A stretch of 64,000 nt of DNA from Acetobacteraceae bacterium (GCA_035492535.1 DATJJM010000362.1:12241-76240), one strand, 5' to 3'; shown: positions 38,447 through 47,985, counted from the stretch's first letter. A program made the numbers and translations. The notes: generated by a model from the letters alone, not told the origin.

Positions 38447-39426
38447 TTCGATTTCCCCGCCGGAGCAGCCGTCGGACTGCCCGGTGCGCCTAGCTGCTTA
38501 TTGGTTGAGTCGTTCGGCACGACGAGACCGTGGACGCCTCCGCTCGCCTGTGACAGCAGCCGCGAAATGCCGGTCTTCATGTTGACCTCCGCCTCGGTGC
38601 CATCGAGCTGGTTCTGGCCGCGCGTGATGCGTACCTTCCCCGCGAGCCGGGCGATGCCCGTATCCGGCACATACACGGCCCGATCGCCAACGGCGGTATC
38701 TGTCGGTGTGCGCACGGTGACGTTGCCGAACGCATCGACCTTCTGCAGCTTGCCCGACGCCGCAAGCGGATCATCGCTATCCGCTGGTGTCGCTGGAGCC
38801 TTTGCGGCCACTGGCGTCGCGCCCGCGGGCGGCTGTTGCGCATCGGTGGTGTAGGCGACCAGCGTATCGGCCGTCATCCGCTTGCCATCGTTGGTCACGA
38901 CCACTGCATCGCCGCGTGCGACCGCCATATGCTTCTGCGACCAGTATTCCATTGTGTCGCGCGCGGTGAGCACGTCGCTCGGCGTGGTGAGCTTGAGGTC
39001 GTGTCCGGTCATCACCAGCACGGCCTGATCGATATCGTAGATTGCGCGGTCACCTTGTGCCTGATCCGTCGGGGTGAAGATGTGCACATTGCCCAACGCC
39101 TCGAGACGATAGATTTCGTTGCCCCCGGTATCGGCGTCGGTGCCTGGCAGGTTGGCAGTGGGCTGCGGCGTCGCGGGTGCCGCGGGTGTCGCGCCATCCT
39201 TGGGGCGATAATAGGCGATCAACTGGTCTGCCGTGACGGTCACATTCCCCCGTACCGCACGGGCGTTGCCACGGGCGATGACCTTGCGCTGATCTTGCCG
39301 CCACTCGATCCCATCGGTTGCGGTAATCGCGACGGGACCGCCATGCGACAGATCGAGCTGCTGCGCGCGCACAGGCGCCGCCAGAACCGACACCAGCAGA
39401 GTCAACGCGAGGAAGCTCTTTTTCAC
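38443..39426 (-). CDS. lptA: LptA/OstA-family periplasmic LPS transport protein, apparently a tandem double OstA_N module
   Basis: 327 aa with a signal peptide (MKKSFLALTLLVSVLAAPVRA). Two internally similar halves; see finding. ATGA overlaps with lptC and lptB. Confidence 0.75.
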   Translation of the reverse strand: MKKSFLALTLLVSVLAAPVRAQQLDLSHGGPVAITATDGIEWRQDQRKVIARGNARAVRGNVTVTADQLIAYYRPKDGATPAAPATPQPTANLPGTDADTGGNEIYRLEALGNVHIFTPTDQAQGDRAIYDIDQAVLVMTGHDLKLTTPSDVLTARDTMEYWSQKHMAVARGDAVVVTNDGKRMTADTLVAYTTDAQQPPAGATPVAAKAPATPADSDDPLAASGKLQKVDAFGNVTVRTPTDTAVGDRAVYVPDTGIARLAGKVRITRGQNQLDGTEAEVNMKTGISRLLSQASGGVHGLVVPNDSTNKQLGAPGSPTAAPAGKSK

Positions 39427-40103
39427 GGCTGAGAGCCATTCAGGATGAGCTTCGCCGGGCCATCGAACTGGATGGCAGTGCCCTTGTCGGTGACCATGAA
39501 GCCTTGCGCGTCAAGCGTGCCGAATGGACCCTCGGCGTGGGTGGGCTGGTCGCTCGCCGCGGCACCTGCCTTGACGTCGATGGACGCACTCGCCGTTTTC
39601 AACGTGGTGCCGTCATCGCGATACAGCGTCACGTCGCGGGACAGGTCGAGCTGGCCGCTGTTCTGTAGATACACGCCGCGCCTGGCCTGTACCATCAGCC
39701 AGGTGCCGTTGGTCAGCGTGATGTCAGCCTTGGGCATCGTCAGGTTGATGCGGTCTGGACCGTCCTGCTGTGCGGTCGCAGCGGTTACCGTGTAGGGCCG
39801 TCCATGGTCGTCGATCCCGCGATAGCGCGCATCGGTCATCGTGGCGGCGCCGGCAGCGGTGTGTTCGATGGTCATGCGGACCGTGTCTCGCACGCGGCCG
39901 AGCTCCGGCCACAGGGCGATGCTGGCCAGCAGCAGCAGGGCGCCAACCGGCAGCAGCCATTTGATCAGCACGATCGTCAGATGCCGGCGAGCCAACCCGC
40001 TTGGGTCCGGCACCTTGCGAACCCGTGCTGCCGCGGCGGAGATAAGCTGGTGACCAGGACGCCGTATCGGCGCCGAACGGGCCGGAATGGGTGTCACGCT
40101 CAT
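39423..40103 (-). CDS. lptC: LPS export system protein LptC (bitopic)
   Basis: 226 aa. Cytoplasmic basic N-terminus, TM (LLPVGALLLLASIALW), periplasmic beta-jellyroll-like region. Position between kdsD and lptA. Confidence 0.7.
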   Translation of the reverse strand: MSVTPIPARSAPIRRPGHQLISAAAARVRKVPDPSGLARRHLTIVLIKWLLPVGALLLLASIALWPELGRVRDTVRMTIEHTAAGAATMTDARYRGIDDHGRPYTVTAATAQQDGPDRINLTMPKADITLTNGTWLMVQARRGVYLQNSGQLDLSRDVTLYRDDGTTLKTASASIDVKAGAAASDQPTHAEGPFGTLDAQGFMVTDKGTAIQFDGPAKLILNGSQP

Positions 40104-41110
40104 GCCACCCCCGCGCGCAACAGGTCGTGAATATGCAAGATGCCGAGCGGACGGCCCGCCGCGTCCACCACGAACAGTGACGTGATCGGGCGTTCCCTGG
40201 AATTCATCACATGCAAGGCTTCCGCTGCCAGCGCGTCGGGCGCGATCGTGCGCGGCGAACGCGTCATCACATTGCCGACCCGCCGCGCCAGCAGGTCCGG
40301 TCCCATAGCGCGGCGCAGGTCGCCGTCGGTGACGATGCCGATCAGCCGTCTGGAACCATCGATGACGCCCAGGCAGCCGAAGCGCTTCTCCGTCATCAGC
40401 AGCAGCGCACGGTCCATGGCCGTGTCTGGCGGCGCCAGAGGAACGTCATCCCCCCCGTGCATCAGGTCGCTCACCCGCCGCAGCCGCGTCCCCAGCCGTC
40501 CACCAGGATGAATCTGCCGGAAATCGGCCTCCGTGAAGCCACGTCGCGTCAGAAGAGCCACCGCCAGCGCGTCGCCGAGCGCCATCTGCATGGTAGTGGA
40601 CGTCGTGGGCGCCAGTCCCATCGGGCATGCCTCATCTGCCACCGGCAACGTCAGGGCGACGTCGGCTGCCTGTGCCAGGGCAGAACCGGCCCGCGCGGTA
40701 ACCGCCACCAGAGGCAGCGCAAAGCGGCGCGAGTGGGCCACGAGGTCAGCCAGTTCCACGGTCTCGCCAGAGTTGGAGAGGGCGAGCACGGCGTCACCCG
40801 GCACGATCATGCCGAGATCGCCGTGCGACGCCTCGGCCGGATGGACGAACAGCGCCGGCGTGCCAGTCGAAGCCAGTGTGGCGGCGATCTTGCGCCCGAC
40901 ATGGCCTGATTTGCCCATGCCGGAGACTGCAACCCGGCCACTGGCGCTCGCCATCAGTTCCACGGCCTTGGCGAAGCTGCTGCCCAGGCTTCCGGCGAGC
41001 GCTTGCAGCCCGGCTGCCTCGATTCGCAGTACCCGGCGAGCCACAGACAGATCATCCGCGCCCGCGAGGGGGGTGGGAACGGTTCGGGTGTCGGCAACGG
41101 CGCCTGTCAT
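40100..41110 (-). CDS. kdsD: KpsF/GutQ-family arabinose-5-phosphate isomerase
   Basis: 336 aa. SIS domain (VSGMGKSGHVGRKIAATLASTGTPALFVHP) followed by two CBS repeats. Heads the lptCAB block. Confidence 0.85.
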   Translation of the reverse strand: MTGAVADTRTVPTPLAGADDLSVARRVLRIEAAGLQALAGSLGSSFAKAVELMASASGRVAVSGMGKSGHVGRKIAATLASTGTPALFVHPAEASHGDLGMIVPGDAVLALSNSGETVELADLVAHSRRFALPLVAVTARAGSALAQAADVALTLPVADEACPMGLAPTTSTTMQMALGDALAVALLTRRGFTEADFRQIHPGGRLGTRLRRVSDLMHGGDDVPLAPPDTAMDRALLLMTEKRFGCLGVIDGSRRLIGIVTDGDLRRAMGPDLLARRVGNVMTRSPRTIAPDALAAEALHVMNSRERPITSLFVVDAAGRPLGILHIHDLLRAGVA

Positions 41111-41225
41111 GGTGTCGTGGCGTCCTGCGTCATGCTTTGTCTTTTTTCACCTTTGCAACGCGCCGGGTCAACCATCGCGCACGGCTCCGACAAGAATCGT
41201 GCCAATTCTTAAGGTTGCCGCAACG

Positions 41226-41861
41226 TCAGTGTGAAAAAATGTCCGGCTGTTCGTAGCCAAGCAGGTCGAGCCGGGCCCGGGCAGGAAGGAAACTGAAACA
41301 GGCTTCCGCGAGTTCCCGCCGGGCCTCGCGGATCAACAGTGCCTCCAGCTTCGTCCAGAGGGCGTGCAAATGTAACACGTCCGACGCCGCATAGGCCAAC
41401 TGTTCCGGAGTTAGTTCCACCGCCCCCCAATCCGAGGACTGCTGCTGCTTCGATAGATCGACGCCGAGCAACTCCTTGCACAGATCCTTCAGCCCATGCC
41501 TGTCGGTGAACGTGCGCGTCAGCCGCGCCGCAATCTTGGTGCAGCGCACCGGTGCCACCGTGATTCCCAGCGCGTGCTGAAGCATCGCCACGTCGAAGCG
41601 AGCGAAGTGCATCAGCTTCACGATGGCAGGGTCGGCCATCAGGCGACCCAGGTTCGGACAGTCATAGCCGTGCCCGCCGAGCGAGGGCGGGATGATCTGC
41701 ACCAGGTGTGCATGTCCGTCGCCCGCCGACAGCTGCACCAGGCAGAGCCGGTCTCGATGGGGGTTCAGCCCCATCGTCTCAGTATCGACGGCGACCACCG
41801 GGCCTAGCGACAGGCCGTCGGGCAGGTCGTGGCGATGCAGATGAATGGTGCCGCCGGGCAT
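41226..41861 (-). CDS. RNase D-like DEDD 3'-5' exonuclease (short, single domain)
   Basis: Start set at ATG 41861 (MPGGTIHLH), because the longer track ORF (to 42080) runs through tRNA-Leu. ExoI VAVDTETMGL, ExoII KLMHFARFDVAML, ExoIII YAASDVLHLHAL (DEDDy). Confidence 0.8.
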   Translation of the reverse strand: MPGGTIHLHRHDLPDGLSLGPVVAVDTETMGLNPHRDRLCLVQLSAGDGHAHLVQIIPPSLGGHGYDCPNLGRLMADPAIVKLMHFARFDVAMLQHALGITVAPVRCTKIAARLTRTFTDRHGLKDLCKELLGVDLSKQQQSSDWGAVELTPEQLAYAASDVLHLHALWTKLEALLIREARRELAEACFSFLPARARLDLLGYEQPDIFSH

Positions 41862-41902
41862 GAATTGCGTGGTGCTCACGGGCTGGGAGTTTACCTGCCG
41901 CC

Positions 41903-41989
41903 TGGTGCCCAGGAGAAGACTCGAACTTCCACGACCTTGCGGCCACAGGTACCTGAAACCTGCGCGTCTACCAATTCCGCCACCTGGGC
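41903..41989 (-). tRNA. tRNA-Leu (anticodon CAG), CCA encoded
   Basis: Minus strand reads GCCCAGGTGGCGGAATTGGTAGACGCGCAGGTTTCAGGTACCTGTGGCCGCAAGGTCGTGGAAGTTCGAGTCTTCTCCTGGGCACCA. Acceptor GCCCAGG/CCTGGGC, anticodon stem CAGGT/ACCTG with loop TTCAGGT, long variable arm, T-loop GTTCGAGTC. Confidence 0.95.
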
Positions 41990-42165
41990 ATGGGTGGAGC
42001 AGCGATAGGGCGCGCGATGTAGCCTCCGCATGCGGGCGCGTCAACGGCAGCTGCGGCGGGCCTCGTCGAAGAGCGGGCAAGAGACCACCCGTGGCGCACT
42101 GGCCCGCGCTTCCAGCATACGCGAAGTGAAGCCGGGTGGCAGCCGGATCGCATACAGGCGAGGTA

Positions 42166-44376
42166 TTACAAAACGTGCCCCTCCGGCGCGTCCACTGGCG
42201 TGTCCAGCACCTCGCGTATTTTGGCAGCGAGCGCAGTCAGATTGAACGGCTTCGCAATGAAATGCACGTCGTGATCGAGCACTCCGTTGTGCAGGATCGC
42301 GTTGCGCGTATAGCCGGTGGTGAACAGCACGCGCAGCCCCGGTTGCGCCGACCGTGCGGCATCCGCCAGGGCGCGACCGTTAACGCCGCCCGGCAGGCCG
42401 ACATCGGTGAACAACAGATCAATGCCGCCATGGTCCACGATCAGGCGCACGCCATCCATGGCATCGCCGGCCTCCAGCACCTCGTAACCCATGTCACGCA
42501 GTGCCTCGACCGAGGAGTGACGAACATCCTCGTCGTCCTCCACCACCAGGATCGTTTCGCCAGTGCCACGCGGCCGTGCCCGCACGACGCCCCGACTGGC
42601 TGGCGGCTTCTCTTCCGTTCGGATGAAGCGCGGCAGATACACCTTCACGGTACTGCCGTGGCCAGGCTCACTGTAGATCGCGACGTGACCGCCGGATTGC
42701 TTGATGAACCCATACACCATGGACAGACCGAGCCCGGTGCCCTGGCCAAGCGGCTTGGTGGTGAAGAATGGCTCAAACGCCCTCTCGATGACCTCCGGCG
42801 TCATGCCCATGCCCGTGTCGGTCACTGCGAGCATGACATACTGACCCGCGGTCACTTCCGCACGCGACGCGGCATAAGCGTCATCGAGGTGAGCATTGGC
42901 GGTTTCGATCGTCAGTTTGCCGCCGTGCGGCATCGCATCACGTGCGTTCACCGCGAGGTTCAGCAGCACATTCTCCAGCTGGTTGGCATCCACGCGTGTC
43001 TGCCACAGACCGCCGGCCAGCACGGTTTCGATCGCGACGTCCTCGCCCAGCGTGCGGCGCAGCAGATCGGACAAGCCTGTCACCATGCGCCCGAGGTCAA
43101 GCGGTTCTGGATCCAATGGCTGCTGACGCGCGAACGCCAGCAAACGATGCGTCAATGTGGCGGCGCGCTGCACGCCGGACATGGCCGCGTCGGCCAGTTT
43201 GAACAGCGCCTCGCTGCCCGGTGGCATCCTCCGCTGCATCAGCTCGATATTGCTGCTGATCACCGTCAAGTGGTTGTTGAAGTCATGCGCGATGCCGCCG
43301 GTAAGCCGGCCAACCGCCTCCATCTTCTGCGACTGGCGAAGCGCTTCCTCGGCCAGCTCGCGGCGCTCCACCTCGGTTCGCAACTGCGCCAGCGTGGCGT
43401 GCTGGCGCCGCCATTGCTGCGTCGCCAGGAGGCTCAGCAGAAGCAGTGACAAGGTTGCCGGAATGCCAAAGATCAGATGCGTCGCCATAAGGTCGCGCCA
43501 TTGAAGGACCACCGACGACCAGCTCCGCCCGACCATGACAATGACAGGGTAGCTGCTGAGTGCCTTGTACGCGATCAGCCGGCTCGTATCGTCAAGCGAT
43601 GAGCGGCCTTCGGCGCGGCCGCCCAACGGGTTGCGGGCGATGGCGTCGAGTAGCCACTGGTCTCGCTGCGGCGCGTCGCTGGAGTTGGGAAGCTCGGGAT
43701 AACTTGCCAGCACGGTTCCATCGCTGCGGAGGACGGCGGCAGTGTAGTTGGTATCACCAGCGAATAGAGTCTCGTCGAAATCCCTGAAATAGTTCGGTGA
43801 CACACCAATGAGGATTGCCCCCGCGAATGTCGGGCCGGGTGCACCGCGGCGGACCGCCACGCTGAACAATTCCTCATGAGTCAGGCGGCCATAAACCACG
43901 CCACCGATCTGCAAGGTCTCTCCCGCATTGCGCAACGCACGAAAATAGTCGCGGTCGGCAAAGGTCGCCGTTCGATCGACCGGGTAGCGGGACGATGCAA
44001 CCAGAGGATGGCCGTCGGCACTCAACACGACCGCAGCTGTCACCTGGCTGTAGCCTGCGATCATCGCCAGCAGCTTCTCGTGCAGTGCCTGTTCGCGCAG
44101 GGTCACTTCGGCGTCCGTCAGGCCGGCAAGCGCATCATTGATACGATGTCCTAAAAGAACATGTGTATCGAGCACGCGCGTTATCTGCTCACTGGACACG
44201 GCAAGCGCGCCACGCACGTCGGCGTCGGCTTCCCATAAGGTGCTGCGCCAGGCGAGCCAGCTGCCTGCGCCGAACACCAGCAATGGCACGATGACCGAGG
44301 CAATGATCATGCCGCGCAGAGCCCACGGGTTGCCGGTCTCTCTGCTAGCTTCACTCATACGGGGCGGCGTTCCCAA
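42166..44376 (-). CDS. Hybrid sensor histidine kinase/response regulator with a periplasmic Cache-like domain
   Basis: 736 aa. Two TM segments flank a ~280-aa periplasmic region. H-box GGIAHDFNNHL, HATPase_c (GTGLGLSMVYGF), C-terminal REC (ILVVEDDEDVR ... DLLFTDVGLPG ... KPF). Confidence 0.85.
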   Translation of the reverse strand: MGTPPRMSEASRETGNPWALRGMIIASVIVPLLVFGAGSWLAWRSTLWEADADVRGALAVSSEQITRVLDTHVLLGHRINDALAGLTDAEVTLREQALHEKLLAMIAGYSQVTAAVVLSADGHPLVASSRYPVDRTATFADRDYFRALRNAGETLQIGGVVYGRLTHEELFSVAVRRGAPGPTFAGAILIGVSPNYFRDFDETLFAGDTNYTAAVLRSDGTVLASYPELPNSSDAPQRDQWLLDAIARNPLGGRAEGRSSLDDTSRLIAYKALSSYPVIVMVGRSWSSVVLQWRDLMATHLIFGIPATLSLLLLSLLATQQWRRQHATLAQLRTEVERRELAEEALRQSQKMEAVGRLTGGIAHDFNNHLTVISSNIELMQRRMPPGSEALFKLADAAMSGVQRAATLTHRLLAFARQQPLDPEPLDLGRMVTGLSDLLRRTLGEDVAIETVLAGGLWQTRVDANQLENVLLNLAVNARDAMPHGGKLTIETANAHLDDAYAASRAEVTAGQYVMLAVTDTGMGMTPEVIERAFEPFFTTKPLGQGTGLGLSMVYGFIKQSGGHVAIYSEPGHGSTVKVYLPRFIRTEEKPPASRGVVRARPRGTGETILVVEDDEDVRHSSVEALRDMGYEVLEAGDAMDGVRLIVDHGGIDLLFTDVGLPGGVNGRALADAARSAQPGLRVLFTTGYTRNAILHNGVLDHDVHFIAKPFNLTALAAKIREVLDTPVDAPEGHVL

Positions 44377-44483
44377 GCCTTCGCAACCATGTTGCCCAAC
44401 GATGTGATGTCATAGTACGGAATGCGCCGCCAGATGCACACATTCAGCTTCTCACGCCCGCGTGATAGTGCGCGTTCCGCTTG

Positions 44484-45437
44484 ATGGACGCGTCGCGCCC
44501 AGTGCTGGTCGTCGGCAGCCTCAACATGGATCTGGTGGCGCGCTGCGAGCGACTGCCGCGTGAGGGCGAGACGCTGTTCGGCACTGATTTTTTCACTGCG
44601 TTTGGCGGCAAGGGCGGCAATCAGGCGGTGGCGGCGGCGCGGATCGGCGCCCACGTGACGATGGCGGGTTGTGTCGGACATGATCAGTTTGGCACGGATA
44701 TGGTCGCGGCCCTGACAGCAGCCGGCGTACAGACGGATTCGGTGCTCGCGGTCGACCGTCCGACCGGCACTGCGCTCATCACGGTGGACGCCGCCGGTGC
44801 CAATACAATCGTGGTCATAAGCGGCGCCAACATGGCATGCGACGTGGCGCTGGTCGATCGTGCACTCGCCGGAGCGGCAGCACCTGGCCTGCTGCTGGTG
44901 CAGCAGGAAATACCACCCGAGACCAATACCCATGCTATCCGGGCGGCCAAGGCGGCGGGATGGTTCATCGTGCTCAATCCGGCGCCCGCGCGTGCGCTGC
45001 CGCAGGACCTGCTGCCACTGATCGACATCATCGCGCCAAACGAAACGGAAGCCGCGGCGCTCACCGGCCGGTCGATCGGTAGCCAAGCCGATGCACTCGC
45101 GGCGGCCGGCGACCTGCTGCAACAAGGTGCTGCGGCGGTGCTGGTTACGTTGGGCCGCGACGGCGCATTGTATCGCGACGCTTCGCGCGCGCTGCATTGC
45201 CCGGCGCTGCCAGTGCAGGCAGTCGACACCACCGCCGCTGGCGACGCCTATCTTGGCGCACTGGCCGCGGCACTCGCGGAGGGGCAGAGCCTGGAACAGG
45301 GCCTGGGCTTTGCCGCGGCCGCGGCAGGGCTGGCGGTAACGAGGCTTGGTGCGCAACCGTCACTCGGTACGCGTGCCGAGGTGTCTGCTTTCATCGTGCG
45401 CCACGGCCGGCCACAGCCCGTCAGCGTGCCCGGCTGA
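44484..45437 (+). CDS. rbsK: Ribokinase (PfkB family)
   Basis: VLVVGSLNMDLV ... GGKGGNQAVAAAR, and C-terminal VDTTAAGDAYLGALAAAL. The ATG at 44484 follows the TTG used by the track. Confidence 0.8.
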   Translation: MDASRPVLVVGSLNMDLVARCERLPREGETLFGTDFFTAFGGKGGNQAVAAARIGAHVTMAGCVGHDQFGTDMVAALTAAGVQTDSVLAVDRPTGTALITVDAAGANTIVVISGANMACDVALVDRALAGAAAPGLLLVQQEIPPETNTHAIRAAKAAGWFIVLNPAPARALPQDLLPLIDIIAPNETEAAALTGRSIGSQADALAAAGDLLQQGAAAVLVTLGRDGALYRDASRALHCPALPVQAVDTTAAGDAYLGALAAALAEGQSLEQGLGFAAAAAGLAVTRLGAQPSLGTRAEVSAFIVRHGRPQPVSVPG

Positions 45438-46491
45438 CCGTATAGTCCGCGACATCCAGCAGCGCGCCCCGCAGGGCATTGTCCGGGAACGCGGCGAGCG
45501 CAGCCTTCGCGGCCGCGGCGAAGCCGCAGGCGCGCTGCAGCGTGGCGCCGATGGCATCCCGCCGCGCCATCAGGTGCAGGGCGTGGTCCAGATCGACATC
45601 AGTTTGCTCGGTGGCTTCGATCGTGCGTTGCCAGAATGCGCGTTCCTCCGCATCCCCTGCCTGATAGGCGGCCAGCACGGGCAATGTAATCTTACCCTCG
45701 CGGAAGTCGTCGCCGACGGTCTTGCCTAGCAGCGCCTGATCGGCCGCGTAGTCGAGTGCGTCGTCCACCAATTGGAAGGCGACGCCCAGGTTCATGCCGA
45801 ACTCGGCCAGCGCGGCAACCTCGGTCTCAGGGCGGTCGGCCACAATCCCGCCCACTTCGCAGGCGGCGGCAAACAGCGCAGCAGTCTTGCCCCGAATGAC
45901 CTCAAGATAGCGGGCCTCGCTGGTTGACAGGTCATTCTGGGTGACGAGCTGCAGGACCTCACCCTCGGCGATGGTTGCCGCGGCACGCGACAGGATCGCC
46001 AGCACCGCCAGCGAGCCGTCCTCCACCATCAACTGGAAGGCACGGGCAAACAGGAAGTCGCCCACCAGCACCGAGGCCTGATTGCCGAACACCGCGTTGG
46101 CTGACGCGAGGCCACGGCGCAGCACGCTCTCGTCCACCACATCGTCGTGCAGCAGCGTCGCGGTGTGGATGAACTCGACGCAAGCCGCGAGCGCGATGTG
46201 GCGGTCACCCGGGTAGCCGCACAGCCGGGCTGTGGCCAACGTGAGCAGGGGACGCAGCCGCTTCCCACCGGCCGCGACGATGTGAGCTGCGAGCTGCGGG
46301 ATCAGCGTCACCGGGCTGTCCATGCGGGCGACGATGGTTCGGTTACAGGCCTCCAGATCGGGCTCGAGCAAGGTGACCAGCGCGCTCAGCGCGTCAGGGC
46401 GCGGGGTAGGCGCCGGGCCGGCATGCGTCGGGCTGAGCGCGACGTCCAAGCTCCTCTCCTCACTTGCATGTCGGGTGGACACAGGCACCAT
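45421..46491 (-). CDS. ispB: Polyprenyl diphosphate synthase (octaprenyl/decaprenyl type)
   Basis: 356 aa. First and second Asp-rich motifs LLHDDVVDES and QLVDDALDY. The 3' end overlaps rbsK convergently by 17 nt. The start may be further downstream. Confidence 0.85.
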   Translation of the reverse strand: MVPVSTRHASEERSLDVALSPTHAGPAPTPRPDALSALVTLLEPDLEACNRTIVARMDSPVTLIPQLAAHIVAAGGKRLRPLLTLATARLCGYPGDRHIALAACVEFIHTATLLHDDVVDESVLRRGLASANAVFGNQASVLVGDFLFARAFQLMVEDGSLAVLAILSRAAATIAEGEVLQLVTQNDLSTSEARYLEVIRGKTAALFAAACEVGGIVADRPETEVAALAEFGMNLGVAFQLVDDALDYAADQALLGKTVGDDFREGKITLPVLAAYQAGDAEERAFWQRTIEATEQTDVDLDHALHLMARRDAIGATLQRACGFAAAAKAALAAFPDNALRGALLDVADYTVSRAR

Positions 46492-46521
46492 ATCGGTGCC
46501 CCAGAAACAGGGTCAAGCAAG

Positions 46522-46728
46522 GTGCAGGTGCTCGTGACGTCGAATGATCCGGTGCGGCTGTCGTTTCTGACAGCGCTGCTGGCGGATGCCGGCATTGGGG
46601 CGGTCGTGCTGGACGGGTACACGAGCGCGGTGGAGGGCAGTATCGGTGCCATCCCCCGCCGACTGATGGTGGCCACCGAGGACGAGTGGCGCGCGCGTCA
46701 GGTGCTGCGCGATGCCGGGGAGCTGTAA
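46522..46728 (+). CDS. DUF2007-like small protein (putative signal-transducing, PII-like fold)
   Basis: 68 aa from GTG 46522, in frame with track ORF 46147..46728. VLVTSNDPVRLSFLTALLADAGIGAVVLDG ... RLMVATEDEWRARQVL. Divergent from ispB. Confidence 0.55.
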   Translation: MQVLVTSNDPVRLSFLTALLADAGIGAVVLDGYTSAVEGSIGAIPRRLMVATEDEWRARQVLRDAGEL

Positions 46729-46932
46729 CCACCTGCCACGTGCGCTTGTCGGTGGGGTGCGGCGAGGCAGCTCGGTGGTGGTTGCCGCGGCAAGTTCATC
46801 TCGCAAGGGCCACGGGCCGTGGTCATCCGTGTGAGCGAAGGCGAGATCCTCTCCGCCTGATCTCCGTCACACCGTACGACGCGATGATCACTTCCGCGGA
46901 GGCATGCCGCGGCACGGGCCCGTCCAATTCGC

Positions 46933-47511
46933 TCATTTTCCGGATCGACCAGCGGTCCTGCGCCGGATGATGGCTGGGCTTGTCGCCGGCGCCGACATCG
47001 GTGGATGCGGCAGCAAGGCGGCCAGACCGTGGCTGCCGGAATCAATTTTGCTGGCTGTCTCTCGGCGCTTGCGCTGCCGCTTCTTGCTGGTCTGATGGGT
47101 GCGGGCGAGTTCGGCCAGCGAGCAATTCTCCAGTACTCCGGCGATTGCATCGCGCGCCTGCTGCATCAGCGGCTGCAACCGGCATTCGCTGATATCGACG
47201 CAGTCGGCGCACTGGCGGAACCGTGTGCGGCTGGCGCACGGCGTCAGCGCAAGCGGGCCGTCGAGGATTCGGATGATGTCCGCGACCGAAATTGTCGCCG
47301 GATCACGCAGGAAGCGATGACCGCCCTGCGCACCGCGCCGACTCTCGATGATCCCATGATCGCGCAACTGCACAAAGATCGCCTCGAGGAATTTGCGCGG
47401 CACCTGTTCGTGTTCCGCTACGTCGCCGGTCTGGAGCCATTCGCCCGAGGACGCACCCTCGGCGAGCCGGAGAACCGCGCGCAGCGCGTATTTCGCCTTG
47501 CTGGATAACAT
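46933..47511 (-). CDS. Rrf2-family transcriptional regulator with a Cys cluster and a long basic C-terminal tail
   Basis: Start at ATG 47511 (MLSSKAKYALRAVLRLAE). wHTH VPRKFLEAIFVQLRDHGIIESRRGAQGG. Cys cluster C-x8-C-x2-C-x5-C (PCASRTRFRQCADCVDISEC). About 55 extra residues follow, beginning KKRQRKRRE. Confidence 0.8.
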   Translation of the reverse strand: MLSSKAKYALRAVLRLAEGASSGEWLQTGDVAEHEQVPRKFLEAIFVQLRDHGIIESRRGAQGGHRFLRDPATISVADIIRILDGPLALTPCASRTRFRQCADCVDISECRLQPLMQQARDAIAGVLENCSLAELARTHQTSKKRQRKRRETASKIDSGSHGLAALLPHPPMSAPATSPAIIRRRTAGRSGK

Positions 47512-47600
47512 GGCGCGGCTGGTGAGGCATCCGCACCAGCCGGTCAACCCCCGCGTCGCGAATGCCGATTTTGTGGTTGACAGCGCTCCACCAATACCCC

Positions 47601-47630
47601 CTTAATCCTATGTGCAAAGTAGGAATTAAG
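47601..47630. promoter_or_regulatory. Imperfect inverted repeat in the Rrf2 / sulfur-cluster divergent region (candidate operator)
   Basis: CTTAATCCTA-tgtgcaaag-TAGGAATTAAG, with arms complementary apart from a 1-nt bulge. Lies 90 nt upstream of the Rrf2 start, inside an unusually long A/T-rich 440-nt intergenic region. Confidence 0.3.
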
Positions 47631-47985
47631 CCAATGACCTTTGCCGCGAACAGCATCGATGGGGCCAGCCTCCGGGGTCGGCGACACGGCTGCCAAGAAC
47701 CATGCCCTAGGGAGAATGGTTTTCATCCAATATGGCGCAATCGAAGGATGGGAATCTTTTTTGATCGCCCATATTGCTTTCTCCAGAAAAAATATTCTTT
47801 TAGTTGGTGGAATGCTGCCTTCCCGGCGGCGCGCCGCACGAAAGGGACGACCATGGCAGGAGCCATGTTCATGACGATGCCGCTGCGCTCCGACGCGAGC
47901 GCATCGCGATGTAGCTGACGCGCACGTCAGGTCCGGCCGTTCGCCGGCAACACATCCCTGCAGTCGTTTCAAAGGAAACCAATCG

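Noticed and set aside
41862-42080. N-terminal 73 codons of track ORF 41226..42080
   Set aside because: This stretch is translated through the tRNA-Leu gene on the same strand. The internal ATG at 41861 gives a normal DEDD exonuclease N-terminus.
42136-43449. 437-aa plus-strand ORF
   Set aside because: It is antisense to the hybrid histidine kinase (H-box, HATPase and REC all on the minus strand). Shadow ORF.
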